From: Vulcanimicrobiota bacterium
GTDB lineage: Bacteria; Vulcanimicrobiota; Xenobia; Xenobiales; JADMJV01
Length of the DNA stretch: 64,000 nucleotides
Direction of reading: 5' to 3'
NCBI GenBank assembly: GCA_050250895.1
Contig: JBFWNU010000001.1
Coordinates: forward strand, 1,128,008-1,192,007
The notes beneath the pieces are model-generated. The model worked only from the letters and a program-made list of their open reading frames with translations, had not been told where the DNA came from and did not search any database. Positions 8,544-18,290 of this stretch are shown here, piece after piece. How positions within the stretch are numbered: position 1 is the first letter of the stretch; each line of letters starts with the position of its first letter. The position numbers and the translations under genes were made by a program.

Positions 8544-9440
8544 CTACAACACTCCGAGGGACGGTCGCGCTTCAACCCGCTCGCCGAGGTAGATCAAGAG
8601 TTCCACCAATCGTTCCAGCTCCTGGGTCGAGGCATAGTTCAACTCGATCTTGCCCTTGCCCCGAGAGCCAGGTCGGATATGCACATGAGTGCCCAGCTGG
8701 CGGGTGAGGTGGTCCTGAATCTCCATCCAATCGGGCGACAGCTTCGCCTGCCTGGCCAGGGATGACTTCTTGGCTTCTTCCTGGAGGTCACGAACCAGCT
8801 TCTCGGTTTGGCGAACCGATAGGGCTCGCTGCGTGATCATTGCCCACACTCGCATCTGCTGACTCTCGCTATCTAGACCGAGCAACGCCCGGGCATGGCC
8901 GGCCGAAAGGTCGCCGGACTCCACTTCACGACGAATCGGGTCAGGCAGCGCCAGCAGACGCAGGGTATTGGAAATGGCCGGTCGGCTCCGCCCCAGACGC
9001 GTAGAAAGTTGATCCTGGGTCAACTTATGCTCGCTGAGCAGGTAGGAGTAAGCCCGTGCCTCTTCGATAGGATTGAGGTCCTCACGCTGGATGTTCTCGA
9101 TGAGCGCCACCTCGAGCAGCTCGACGTCGGCCATCTCGCGAACGATGGCCGGGATAGCCTCGAGCCCCGCTAGCCGAGCGGCGCGACAGCGTCGTTCGCC
9201 CACTACCAAACGGTATCCGTCAGCCTCACGGGTACAGACCACCGGCTGGACCACCCCGTGTTCCCGAATGGACTCCGCCAACTCTTCGAGCTTCTCCTGA
9301 TCGAAGCTCTGGCGGGGCTGCAGAGGATTGGCGCGGATCTCCGCCAGGGGTAGATCCAGGATCGACTGGGCGTTGGTGGGGACCTTATGGCTATCCGACA
9401 AGAGCGCGGACAGGCCTCTTCCGAGTGCTTTCTTTTTCAC
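8544..9440 (-). CDS. parB: Chromosome partition protein ParB/Spo0J
   Basis: KKALGRGLSAL, NPLQPR, GVVQP, GERRCRA, ENIQREDLNPIEEA, HTH, GHARAL. Confidence 0.97.
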   Translation of the reverse strand: MKKKALGRGLSALLSDSHKVPTNAQSILDLPLAEIRANPLQPRQSFDQEKLEELAESIREHGVVQPVVCTREADGYRLVVGERRCRAARLAGLEAIPAIVREMADVELLEVALIENIQREDLNPIEEARAYSYLLSEHKLTQDQLSTRLGRSRPAISNTLRLLALPDPIRREVESGDLSAGHARALLGLDSESQQMRVWAMITQRALSVRQTEKLVRDLQEEAKKSSLARQAKLSPDWMEIQDHLTRQLGTHVHIRPGSRGKGKIELNYASTQELERLVELLIYLGERVEARPSLGVL

Positions 9441-10194
9441 GGGCTAGAACCTCCTTGGCCAAACTAAGATAGTGAGTAGCACCTGCCGAGCGGCGGTCGT
9501 AAGCTAAGATCGACTGACCAAAACTGGGCGCCTCGGCCAACTTGACGTTGCGCGGAATCACGGTTTTGAATACGGTAGACCCGAAGTGGCCTCGCACCTC
9601 GGCCGCTACCTGGTCAGACAAATTGAGACGGGCGTCATGAAGCGTGAGCAGGACCCCAAAAATCGACAGACCGGGGTTGAGGTGAGACCGAACCATCTCG
9701 ATCACCTCGAGCAACTGGGTGATCCCCTCGAGCGCATAAAACTCGCATTGGATCGGCACCAGCAAGCCGTCCGCAGCGGTGAGAGCGTTCATGGTCAAAA
9801 GACCCAGCGAGGGGGGACAGTCGACTAGAACAAAGTCATAGTCATCGACCACCGGTTCGAGCAAACGCTGCAGCCGGGTCTCGCGAGAGACAGCGGATAC
9901 CATCTCTATCTCGGCCGCCGCCAACCGCAGAGTGGCTGGCACGAGCCAGAGACTGGACTGCTCGGTGGTCTGAATCAGCTCGGCCACAGCCGAGCCCTTG
10001 CACAGACCATCATAGATGCACCCTTCCAGCGCGCTCTTATCGACCCCGAGCCCACTGGTGGTGTTGCCCTGGGGATCGGCATCCACCAACAGCACTTTTT
10101 TGCGCTTCTGGGCCAGGGCGGCGCCGAGATTCACGGCCGTCGTCGACTTTCCGACGCCCCCCTTCTGGTTGGTGATTGCAAGTATCCTGGCCAT
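9391..10194 (-). CDS. parA: Chromosome partition ATPase ParA/Soj
   Basis: NQKGGVGKSTT deviant Walker A, DADPQGN, DCPPSLG, PIQCEFYALEG, IPRNVKLAEAPSFG. Confidence 0.97.
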   Translation of the reverse strand: MARILAITNQKGGVGKSTTAVNLGAALAQKRKKVLLVDADPQGNTTSGLGVDKSALEGCIYDGLCKGSAVAELIQTTEQSSLWLVPATLRLAAAEIEMVSAVSRETRLQRLLEPVVDDYDFVLVDCPPSLGLLTMNALTAADGLLVPIQCEFYALEGITQLLEVIEMVRSHLNPGLSIFGVLLTLHDARLNLSDQVAAEVRGHFGSTVFKTVIPRNVKLAEAPSFGQSILAYDRRSAGATHYLSLAKEVLAREKESTRKRPVRALVG

Positions 10195-10238
10195 AGCATG
10201 CCTACCCATCTGGAATGAAATTCAGTGAAACTTGAAGA

Positions 10239-10254
10239 TGTTTCACGTGAAACA
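10239..10254. promoter_or_regulatory. parS centromere-like site
   Basis: Perfect palindrome TGTTTCACGTGAAACA between rsmG and parA. Confidence 0.95.
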
Positions 10255-10286
10255 TTCTCCTGGCCCCACAAGATTACCTTCAACCG

Positions 10287-10991
10287 TCAGATCAGAGGGT
10301 GCTTGGCCGGTTGCCCCGGACGTCGAGGGTAACGATCCGGACTGGGTCCCGTCTTGCGTACCTCGACCAGGCAGTAGCTTTTGTCGAAAAGGCTATACTC
10401 CCGAACCACCCGCACCTCGCCCGATAGAAGTTGCAGGGCGCGGGCCGCCTCCTGAATTTCCTGAGCAGCCCGGGGTCCTTTATAAGCTAGTAAGAGGCCA
10501 TCTTTCTTCAACAAAGGGATGCCCAACTCGATCAAAGTAGCCAGACTGGCTACCGCTTTGGCCGTCACCACCTCGAAGGCGCCTCGATAACTCCGGTCAT
10601 GAGCCACTTCTTCCGAGCGACCCTGGAGCACTACCACGTTGGCCAAAGACAACTCTTCGATGACCTCTCGCAAAAAGATACACTTCTTGCCGTTAGCTTC
10701 CAGCAGGGTCAGATCGAGATCCGGACGGAATACCGCCAGCGGGACCCCGGGCACCCCACCACCCGAACCCAGGTCCACCACCCGAGCGCCCGGTGGAAAG
10801 CAACCCTCGCCCGCCAGAGAATCGACGACCAACTCCCTGGCCATGGCCGCCTCCTCGCGCAGGGCGGTCACCCCGGCCCGCCGACCGATGTCGGCTACCA
10901 ATTCCAGATAACGAACCAGACGAGCCAGGGTCTGCCCATCGAAGCTGAGAGCTAACTGCTCTAGACCTTCCTCGAGAGCTTGCCTAAACAC
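10287..10991 (-). CDS. rsmG: 16S rRNA m7G527 methyltransferase
   Basis: [13 protein letters not shown] motif, [26 protein letters not shown]; follows mnmG. Confidence 0.93.
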   Translation of the reverse strand: MFRQALEEGLEQLALSFDGQTLARLVRYLELVADIGRRAGVTALREEAAMARELVVDSLAGEGCFPPGARVVDLGSGGGVPGVPLAVFRPDLDLTLLEANGKKCIFLREVIEELSLANVVVLQGRSEEVAHDRSYRGAFEVVTAKAVASLATLIELGIPLLKKDGLLLAYKGPRAAQEIQEAARALQLLSGEVRVVREYSLFDKSYCLVEVRKTGPSPDRYPRRPGQPAKHPLI

Positions 10992-12867
10992 CGGCAGCGC
11001 GGCGATGCTCGCCCTGCTTGAGATAGATCAGTAGAGCGGAAATGTCCGAGGCCGACACGCCCGGAATCCTAGAAGCCTGCCCCACCGTGCGAGGTCGCTG
11101 CTTTTCGAGCTTCTCCCGCCCCTCCGAAGAGATGGCTTTGAGGTCAATATAGGCGAAATCGGCCGGAATGACCTTGTTCTCCATCTTGCGAAACTGGGCC
11201 ACATCCTGGGCCTGCCGTTCGAGATAGCCTTCATACTTAATCTGAATCTCGACCTGTTCGGCCACCCTGGGCGCCAACGGCTCGAGCTTCTCGAACTCGC
11301 GCAGGCTGGCCAACTCCACCCTGGGGCGGCGCAGAATATCCTTGAAAGTCAGGCCGGGACGCACCGGCTCACTGAGGTGGTCGGCCAGGCCGTCGGCCTC
11401 GGCTCCGGCTACTCGGCGTTGGTCAAGACGCCGCAACTCGTCCTCAATGGCCTGTTGCTTGGCTTCGAAGATGGCCCACCTGGCGGCGTCGACCACCCCA
11501 ACCCGGCGACCGAGAGGAGTGAGCCGCAAATCGGCGTTGTCCTGGCGCAAGAGCAATCGGTATTCTGAGCGACTCGTATGCATGCGGTAAGGCTCGGCGG
11601 TACCGCGGCTCACCAGGTCGTCGACCAACACGCCCAGGTAACCTTGATCGCGACCGATCTCGATGGCCTCGCCTCCGCCACCGGTCAACCCGGCGTTGAT
11701 GCCGGCCAGAAGTCCCTGAGCGGCCGCCTCTTCGTAGCCCGAGGTACCGTTGATCTGGCCGGCCAGGAAAAGGCCCGGAAGCACCTTGACCTGCAAGCCG
11801 TGATCGAGCTGGGTCGGATCGACGAAATCATACTCGACCGCGTAACCGGGCCGTAGGATTTCAGCCCGTTCCAATCCTGGAATGGTTCTCACCAACTCGG
11901 TCTGCACGTCCAGGGGCAGACTGGTCGAGACCCCCTGAAGATAGACTTCGGGCACCTCGAAACCTTCAGGTTCGACAAACACCTGATGGGTGTCGCGGTC
12001 AGGAAATCGGACCATCTTGTCCTCGATAGAAGGGCAGTAGCGAGGTCCCGTGCCCTCGATCACCCCGGCGTACATCGGTGAACGGTGAAGGTTGGCCAGA
12101 ATCACCTCGCGGGTGGCCGGGGTCGTCGCGGTCAGATAGCAACTCAACTGGCGCTCCGGCCTGACCAGTTCGGACATTTCGCTGAATACGAGCGGAATAT
12201 CCGAAGGCGGCTGCTCGGTCATGCGATCCCAGTCGATGGAGTCCCGATGAATCCGAGGAGTCGTGCCGGTTTTGAGCCGTCCCAATCGCAATCCAAAGTC
12301 GGACAGGGAATTGCTCAGGCCAAGGGCAGCCGGCTCACCCGAGCGCCCGCCCGCAAACGAGACCTCGCCCATGTGGATCTTGCCACCCAGAAAGGTGCCG
12401 GTGGTCAAGACCACCGACGCGCCCCGGTACTCGATTCCCGAAGCAGCGCGCACTCCGATGACTCGACCCTTACGCAGCAGTAGATCCACCACCAAATCCT
12501 GGACCAATTGAATCCTGGATTCAGATTGGACACACTCGGCCATGGCGGCGGAATAGACGGGGCGATCGGCCTGGGCTCGCAAGGCGTGGACAGCCGGCCC
12601 CTTGCGGGTGTTGAGCATCCGGATATGGATGTGGGTTCGGTCGATGACCCGTCCCATCTCGCCGCCGAGCGCGTCTACCTCCTTCACCAGCTGAGCCTTG
12701 GCGGGGCCGCCGATGGAGGGGTTACAGGGCATGCGGGCCACCTGAGAGAGGCTGGCCGTCAGCATGACCACCTGACAGCCCATGCGGGCCGCCGCCAACC
12801 CCGCCTCACAGCCGGCATGGCCCGCACCCACTACCACTACATCCGTCTTGACAACCATGTCGCTCAC
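10984..12867 (-). CDS. mnmG: tRNA uridine 5-carboxymethylaminomethyl modification enzyme
   Basis: [53 protein letters not shown]; GTG start overlaps the mnmE stop. Confidence 0.98.
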   Translation of the reverse strand: MSDMVVKTDVVVVGAGHAGCEAGLAAARMGCQVVMLTASLSQVARMPCNPSIGGPAKAQLVKEVDALGGEMGRVIDRTHIHIRMLNTRKGPAVHALRAQADRPVYSAAMAECVQSESRIQLVQDLVVDLLLRKGRVIGVRAASGIEYRGASVVLTTGTFLGGKIHMGEVSFAGGRSGEPAALGLSNSLSDFGLRLGRLKTGTTPRIHRDSIDWDRMTEQPPSDIPLVFSEMSELVRPERQLSCYLTATTPATREVILANLHRSPMYAGVIEGTGPRYCPSIEDKMVRFPDRDTHQVFVEPEGFEVPEVYLQGVSTSLPLDVQTELVRTIPGLERAEILRPGYAVEYDFVDPTQLDHGLQVKVLPGLFLAGQINGTSGYEEAAAQGLLAGINAGLTGGGGEAIEIGRDQGYLGVLVDDLVSRGTAEPYRMHTSRSEYRLLLRQDNADLRLTPLGRRVGVVDAARWAIFEAKQQAIEDELRRLDQRRVAGAEADGLADHLSEPVRPGLTFKDILRRPRVELASLREFEKLEPLAPRVAEQVEIQIKYEGYLERQAQDVAQFRKMENKVIPADFAYIDLKAISSEGREKLEKQRPRTVGQASRIPGVSASDISALLIYLKQGEHRRAAGV

Positions 12868-14237
12868 TTTCCCAGACAAAAGGTCGAGAAGATGCGATCG
12901 AGCACCTCTTCGGAGACGTCGATGCCCACGATCTCGCCCAGGGCCCCGGCCGCAGCGCGCAAATCCAAACAGAGAAACTCGCCGCTCAAGCCGTCATCCA
13001 CCGCCAGAGCCACTCGCTCCAGGCTCTCGCGAGCTCGAACCAGGGCCTGGTAATGCCTCTGATTGACACTAAAGCACTCCACCTGCTGCCCCGTCAAGAC
13101 GCGAGCCTTCTCGACCAGGGCCGCCTCGACCCCGGCAGCCCCCTGTCGCAACAAACTGGCTTCGAGGACTACCGCCCGAGGATATTGGGTCCGAATTTCG
13201 TCAGCCTGGATACGGGCCCCCAGGTCCTGTTTGTTGAGAACGATCAACCACTCGGCGGGACCCATGGCCAGCACCTCCAGGGCCAACTCCTGGGGCCACT
13301 CCTGATGACAATCCACCACCAGGATACCGAGATCGGCCTCGTGCAAAGCCTGGCGCGAGCGTTCCATCCCGAGTTGCTCAACCAGATCCATGGTACAATC
13401 GCGCAAGCCGGCGGTATCGCTGAGATTCAAGCGCATACCGGAGAGCACGACCGAATGCTCGAGGCGATCCCGGGTAGTCCCCGGGATGTCGGTCACCAGC
13501 GCCCGGTCTTCCCCCAGCAAAGCGTTGAGCAAAGTGGACTTGCCAGCGTTAGGAGGCCCCACCAGGACCACCTCCACTCCGCGGTGGGTGAGCCGCCCCA
13601 CCTCGGCCTGGGCAATCAACTGCGCAACCCGATGCTGCAACTCTTGTAAACGCTGGCGATTCTCCTGGGGAGTGAGTTCAGGCACTTCATCGCCAAAGTC
13701 TATTTCGGCCTCGAGCAGCGACATCCAGTTCAAAACATCCTGGCGCAAACCACCTACCAACTCCGAGAGCCGGCCCAGGAGATTGCCCGAGGCCAGCCGC
13801 AAACTGGCTCGGCTACGACTCTCGATGACTTCAGCCACCGATTCCGCCTGGGCCAGGTCCAGTCTCCCATTGAGAAAGGCCCGCTGGGTGAACTCGCCCG
13901 GCGCAGCTAGCCTGGCGCCCCCCGCCAGACAGAGGCGAAGAACCTCTTCGCAGATCAGGCTGCCCCCATGGGTGTGGAATTCGACCACATCCTCGCAAGT
14001 GTAGGAGCGCGGAGCCTGCATGAACACGGCCAGAGCCTCGTCGACCGGTCGACCCCCCGCCGGGTCGACGACCCGTCCGAAAACCATCTTGTGACTCTCG
14101 AACTCGGCCTGCCTGACGTAGGGAGCAAATAGCAAATGCAAAAGGCCGCGCGCGCGCGGCCCTGAGACTCGGACGATGGCCACCCCTCCCAACCCGGGGG
14201 GCGTGGCCACAGCTACAATGGTGTCAGTCGGCGTCAC
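12864..14237 (-). CDS. mnmE: tRNA modification GTPase
   Basis: [56 protein letters not shown]-terminal FCLGK. Confidence 0.97.
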   Translation of the reverse strand: MTPTDTIVAVATPPGLGGVAIVRVSGPRARGLLHLLFAPYVRQAEFESHKMVFGRVVDPAGGRPVDEALAVFMQAPRSYTCEDVVEFHTHGGSLICEEVLRLCLAGGARLAAPGEFTQRAFLNGRLDLAQAESVAEVIESRSRASLRLASGNLLGRLSELVGGLRQDVLNWMSLLEAEIDFGDEVPELTPQENRQRLQELQHRVAQLIAQAEVGRLTHRGVEVVLVGPPNAGKSTLLNALLGEDRALVTDIPGTTRDRLEHSVVLSGMRLNLSDTAGLRDCTMDLVEQLGMERSRQALHEADLGILVVDCHQEWPQELALEVLAMGPAEWLIVLNKQDLGARIQADEIRTQYPRAVVLEASLLRQGAAGVEAALVEKARVLTGQQVECFSVNQRHYQALVRARESLERVALAVDDGLSGEFLCLDLRAAAGALGEIVGIDVSEEVLDRIFSTFCLGK

Positions 14238-14739
14238 CTGGCGCCACCACCACACACCGATCGGGGTCTTCCCCCTCCGAATAGGTGCGCACGTCATAAC
14301 GGTCGGCCAAAGCCAGATGGATTACGCGCCGGTCCCCCGCAGCCATCGGTGAGAGCACCACCTCACGACCCTCGCGTTGGACACGGTCCGCGCTTCGTCG
14401 GGCCAGATCCCTCAACTGCTTCTCGCGGCGGTCTCGGTAGCCTTCGACATCCACCACCACCCGGTAATCCACCAGCTTCTTGCGGGCGTTGATCACCCCG
14501 ACCAGAAACTGCAGGGCGTCCAGGGTCGAGCCATGGCGGCCGATGAGCACGCCCATGTCGGCTCCCTCGATATGATAGCGAACGTGATCCTCACGCTCCT
14601 CGAACTCGATATCGACGTCTAGTCCAAAATAGTCAAGAATGTCAAAAAGAAGTTCGGCAACAGGATCCTCATCGTCACCCTCTTCCCATTCATCGTCACT
14701 GTCGACATCGCGGTCGCTCACGGTCTTTTCCTTTGTCAT
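14224..14739 (-). CDS. jag: Jag/EloR RNA-binding protein (KH + R3H)
   Basis: LIGRHGSTLDALQ (KH), DVEGYR, RRVIHLAL (R3H), SEGEDPDR; lies between yidC and mnmE. Confidence 0.92.
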   Translation of the reverse strand: MTKEKTVSDRDVDSDDEWEEGDDEDPVAELLFDILDYFGLDVDIEFEEREDHVRYHIEGADMGVLIGRHGSTLDALQFLVGVINARKKLVDYRVVVDVEGYRDRREKQLRDLARRSADRVQREGREVVLSPMAAGDRRVIHLALADRYDVRTYSEGEDPDRCVVVAPGDAD

Positions 14740-14801
14740 GCTACCCCTCTCTCCAGCTTCCCGCTGTCAAAATTCCTATCCCCACCCGGGAATCCCTCCC
14801 G

Positions 14802-15482
14802 TCAAGCCGCGGCGCTCTGCTGCGATTCCTCATCGGGGGTACGCATGATGATCCCCTGCTGAATAATAGTGAGGAAACTGAACACGCTGAAATACAGGAT
14901 GAGAGCACAAGGCCACTTGTAAGTCCACATCATCACGGTGAACATCACACTCATGACGAGGCCCAGATACTTCTGGCTGCCCTGGCCGCTGGCGGGAGTG
15001 ATCAATTGCGACAAGAGCATGGTCAAGCCATAGAAGATGACCAGCGGCAAATCCCGGTCGGCCAGGCTCGAGGCAAACAGTACGGGGTAAGCGTTCTGCA
15101 ACGGTCCGGGGTGAATCCACAGAAAGTAAGAGTTCGAAAACAGATCGGGCGCACCCATGATGGCTCGCCAGATCGAGAACAGAATCGGCATCTGAATCAG
15201 CATCGGCAAACACCCACTCAGGGGGTTGATACCCCGAGACTGATAAAACTCGGTCTGGGCTTGCATGGCCGCCTCTTTGTCGTGGGCGTACTTCTTCTGC
15301 AGGGCTTCGATCTCTGGCTGGATCTTCTGCATTTGCTTCATCGACTTGTACTGCTGATGGGTCGGGCCGTAGAGCGCGATTTTGATCAAAACGGCAAAAA
15401 GGACCAGCGCCAGACCGTAGCTTCCGGTCAGGACGTTGAGGGTCCCCAACACCTTCATCAGCAGATCAACGATGATTTGCAT
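14802..15482 (-). CDS. yidC: Membrane protein insertase YidC/Oxa1 (short form)
   Basis: SMKQMQKIQP, INPLSGCLPMLIQMPI, FLWI, LILYF..QQ. Confidence 0.93.
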   Translation of the reverse strand: MQIIVDLLMKVLGTLNVLTGSYGLALVLFAVLIKIALYGPTHQQYKSMKQMQKIQPEIEALQKKYAHDKEAAMQAQTEFYQSRGINPLSGCLPMLIQMPILFSIWRAIMGAPDLFSNSYFLWIHPGPLQNAYPVLFASSLADRDLPLVIFYGLTMLLSQLITPASGQGSQKYLGLVMSVMFTVMMWTYKWPCALILYFSVFSFLTIIQQGIIMRTPDEESQQSAAA

Positions 15483-15495
15483 TAACTCGAAACTC

Positions 15496-15681
15496 CTAGT
15501 CGACCGGGTCATGCCCCCCGGCACTAAACGGGTGGCATCGGCAGATTCTTTTAAATCCCCGCCACCCGCCTCTGATCAAACCGTACTTCACGATTGCCTG
15601 TCGCGTATACTCCGAACAAGTCGGGTAGAACCTGCACACTGCCGGCGTCTTGCGGGACACCCATTGATATCCCTCAATCAA
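15496..15681 (-). CDS. yidD: Membrane protein insertion efficiency factor
   Basis: YQ..S....CRFYPTCSEY..AI.KYG...RICRCHPF..GGHDPV. Likely TTG start overlapping the rnpA stop (TTGA); start uncertain. Confidence 0.9.
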   Translation of the reverse strand: MIEGYQWVSRKTPAVCRFYPTCSEYTRQAIVKYGLIRGGWRGFKRICRCHPFSAGGHDPVD

Positions 15682-16040
15682 ACGGACGGCGAGCGAGCTG
15701 CCGAGGCCTGATGGTGGTTGCTCTTCTGCAACCGCTTGATCAGGCTCAGAAACGCCGTCCGAAGTTCCTGGAAGGTCGCCTGAGCAGCATCCTTCCTCGC
15801 TACAATGACCAGGTCCCATCGCGAATTGAAATTCTGAACGTTCTCTCGGTAGACCTCTCGAAGCCGCCGCCTTAACTTGTTACGCACCACCGCTTTGCCT
15901 AGCTTCTTGCTGACACAGAAACCCACCCGGGGCCCCGGGCGACGCTTGGCTAACGCAAACAAAACAAGCTCCCGACAGGCCACAGACCGTCCGGAGCGGA
16001 AAACGCGATCGAAATCCCTGGAACGCTTTAACGTCTCCAC
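15678..16040 (-). CDS. rnpA: Ribonuclease P protein component
   Basis: LKRSRDFDRVF, RVGFCVSKKLGKAVVRNKLRRRLRE (RNR motif), DLVIVAR. Confidence 0.95.
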   Translation of the reverse strand: METLKRSRDFDRVFRSGRSVACRELVLFALAKRRPGPRVGFCVSKKLGKAVVRNKLRRRLREVYRENVQNFNSRWDLVIVARKDAAQATFQELRTAFLSLIKRLQKSNHHQASAARSPSV

Positions 16041-16042
16041 CG

Positions 16043-16177
16043 CTAGTGGGTAAGACGTTTGCGACCCTTCCTGCGACGCCGCGACAGCACCGCTCGGCCA
16101 CCGGGTGACGACATTCTCTTAAAGAAGCCGTGTTCTTTCTTTCTCTGGCGAACCTTGGGTTGGTAAGTCCTCTTCAT
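16043..16177 (-). CDS. rpmH: 50S ribosomal protein L34
   Basis: Below the ORF-track cutoff. Manual translation [44 protein letters not shown]; GGAGGAG RBS upstream. Confidence 0.97.
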   Translation of the reverse strand: MKRTYQPKVRQRKKEHGFFKRMSSPGGRAVLSRRRRKGRKRLTH

Positions 16178-16208
16178 AGCACTCCTCCGCCTTGTGGGCT
16201 GGCTCAAC

Positions 16209-16237
16209 AGTATAGGAGCAGCTCAAGACGATGTCAA
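16209..16237 (-). promoter_or_regulatory. sigma70-type promoter of the rpmH operon
   Basis: Minus strand TTGACA (16237-16232), 17 bp spacer, TATACT (16214-16209). Confidence 0.8.
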
Positions 16238-16265
16238 GGTGGACCTCCGGGCAGGCTCGAACCCG

Positions 16266-16445
16266 TTTTCCCCAATTGGGGATAAGCCTGTGGATAACGA
16301 CATCGCGACGACTAAAGGTCCGGGGTCGAATTTCACGGTTTCCCAAAGAAAACTTGAATTCCCCTCGATCAATTCGAGCTGTGTACAAAACCATCATGAG
16401 GTGTTTTCCACAATTGTCCACAGAGCCTGTGGACATTGTGGATTA
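16266..16445. promoter_or_regulatory. oriC DnaA-box cluster upstream of dnaA
   Basis: TGTGGATAA 16289-16297 (perfect), TGGGGATAA 16277, TTTTCCCCA 16266, TGTGTACAA 16380, TTTTCCACA 16404, TTGTCCACA 16414, TGTGGACAT 16428, TGTGGATTA 16437. Confidence 0.9.
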
Positions 16446-16555
16446 GGTTTCGGCTAGTTTTCGGTAGGAATCGATTCTGGACCAACCGAAGCGGCTCGGA
16501 CTCCAGTATTTATCCGGTTTCACAAATATATATAGAGACAAGAGGACTCTCCTGA

Positions 16556-17965
16556 ATGCTTGATCAGCATAGCGTAATTCCCGAACTCGGGCATACTTGG
16601 CAACAATGTCTGCAAGACCTTGATGCCAATTTAGACGTGAGGGCGCGATCAGCTATTCTGAACTCCGTACCACTGGAGGTGAAGGGGCAGCACCTGCGTA
16701 TCGGGGTTCACGGCAACTTTTCGCGAGACTTTCTCAACAGAAAGGCCTGTTTGGAAGCGGTTCGCTCTATCGTTCACCGGCGCACCCAGCGTCGTTTCGA
16801 AGTCGAATTCGTTTCCCTAGAGGGTGAACCTCCGGTCGAGACAGCAGCGCCAGTTCCTGGTGCAGTCCCCGCCGCGACGGCAAGCCCCAATCGTGAGGAG
16901 TCGGATAGCCAGTTCGACAGCATGTCCCCATCGAGCCATGCCTGTCTCAACCCTCGCTACACCTTCTCGACTTTTATTCGAGGCAATAGCAATAGCCTGG
17001 CGGCGGCCGCCGCTATGGCCGTGGCCGACCGGCCGGCGCGAGCCTACAACCCACTCTTCATCTATGGCGGAGTCGGGCTGGGCAAGACCCATTTGATGCA
17101 TGCGATCGGCCACGCCGTGCTCAGCGCGCGGAGTGATGCTCGTATCGTCTACATGTCGGCCGAACGCTTTACCAACGAGATGATCGATTCCATCTCGGAT
17201 GCAAAGATGAAGCGCTTCCGGCGAAACTATCGCAGCGTGGATGTACTGCTGGTCGATGATATCCAGTTTCTGGCCAACAAAGAGCGGACTCAGGAAGAGT
17301 TCTTCCATACTTTTAATGAGCTCCACGGCGCCAACAAACAGATCGTCATCTCCAGCGACCGCCCTCCGCGCCAAATCCCCACTCTGGAAGACCGACTCCG
17401 GTCGCGCTTCGAATGGGGAATGATAGCCGATATCCAGGCTCCCGACTTCGAGACTCGCGTAGCCATCCTTCGCAAGAAAGCCGAACAATGCGGTGCTCAT
17501 GTTCCCAACGACGTGGCCGAGCTATTGGCCGAACGGGTGCCTTCCAACATCCGTGAGCTGGAGGGGGCTTTAACGCGCCTGATGGCGATGAGTTCGCTTA
17601 ACCAGAAGGCCATCAACTTTGAGCTAGCGGAAGAGGCCTTACAGGGCATCCTGCCCGATTCAGCTCACCAGGTGCTCGACATCGGCACCATCCAGGAAGC
17701 AGTCTGCGATTACTTCAGCATTACCAAGAAGGACCTTCTGGGCAAACGGCGAGACCAGAAAGTCGTGCGCCCGCGTCAGTTGGCCATGTATCTCTGCAAA
17801 GAGATGACGGGGGCCTCGTACCCCGAGATCGGCGGAGAATTCGGCGGCAAGGACCACACCACGGTGATGCACGCTTGCCGCAAGATCGACGCCAATCTAG
17901 AGGATCATTACTATAAAACCAGCCTCGAGAACATCCGTAACCGACTCAAAGGACATACTCGCTAA
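16556..17965 (+). CDS. dnaA: Chromosomal replication initiator
   Basis: LNPRYTF, YNPLFIYGGVGLGKTHL, DDIQF, QEEFFHTFN, RLRSRF, NIRELEGAL, GGKDHTTVMHA. Confidence 0.99.
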   Translation: MLDQHSVIPELGHTWQQCLQDLDANLDVRARSAILNSVPLEVKGQHLRIGVHGNFSRDFLNRKACLEAVRSIVHRRTQRRFEVEFVSLEGEPPVETAAPVPGAVPAATASPNREESDSQFDSMSPSSHACLNPRYTFSTFIRGNSNSLAAAAAMAVADRPARAYNPLFIYGGVGLGKTHLMHAIGHAVLSARSDARIVYMSAERFTNEMIDSISDAKMKRFRRNYRSVDVLLVDDIQFLANKERTQEEFFHTFNELHGANKQIVISSDRPPRQIPTLEDRLRSRFEWGMIADIQAPDFETRVAILRKKAEQCGAHVPNDVAELLAERVPSNIRELEGALTRLMAMSSLNQKAINFELAEEALQGILPDSAHQVLDIGTIQEAVCDYFSITKKDLLGKRRDQKVVRPRQLAMYLCKEMTGASYPEIGGEFGGKDHTTVMHACRKIDANLEDHYYKTSLENIRNRLKGHTR

Positions 17966-17990
17966 GCTATCGTCCATCCGGTCGAACCTC

Positions 17991-18019
17991 AGCCCGAAGC
18001 CGCTCTTTGGCTTCGGGCT
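17991..18019 (+). terminator. Stem-loop after dnaA (possible terminator or stabiliser)
   Basis: AGCCCGAAGCC-gctcttt-GGCTTCGGGCT, an 11-bp perfect stem; weak U tract. Confidence 0.45.
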
Positions 18020-18055
18020 TATGTGCATGGGAAAGTCCAGAAAGCCTTTTCTGCC

Positions 18056-18275
18056 CGTGGAAAGCCTGGGGAAATTTTCTCAATCTGGAGTGGAAAATTA
18101 TTCACGAATTGAAAAATCCTCTGGACCATGTGGAAATGTGAATAATTTTCTTCAATTTTTGAACGGGCAGTCCACAGGGGATCGGAGCAGCAAAGTGTTG
18201 TCACGTCTTGAACTTGAAGGTTATTCACACACTCCACACCCCCTACTATAGACTACTAAGATCAATAAATAAAAC
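18056..18275. promoter_or_regulatory. oriC unwinding region between dnaA and dnaN (DnaA boxes, DnaA-trios, AT tract)
   Basis: TTATTCACG 18098, TGTGGAAAT 18129, TGTGAATAA 18137, TTATTCACA 18221, CACTCCACA 18230, then CCCC, CTACTATAGACTACTA (18243-18258) and AATAAATAAAA. Confidence 0.88.
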
Positions 18276-18290
18276 ATGATGGAGGAAATC

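Noticed and set aside
16119-16457. ORFs spanning DnaA-box regions (also 18019-18251 and 26600-26794)
   Set aside because: Translations of DnaA boxes (VDN, LST, YPQ) in non-coding regulatory DNA.
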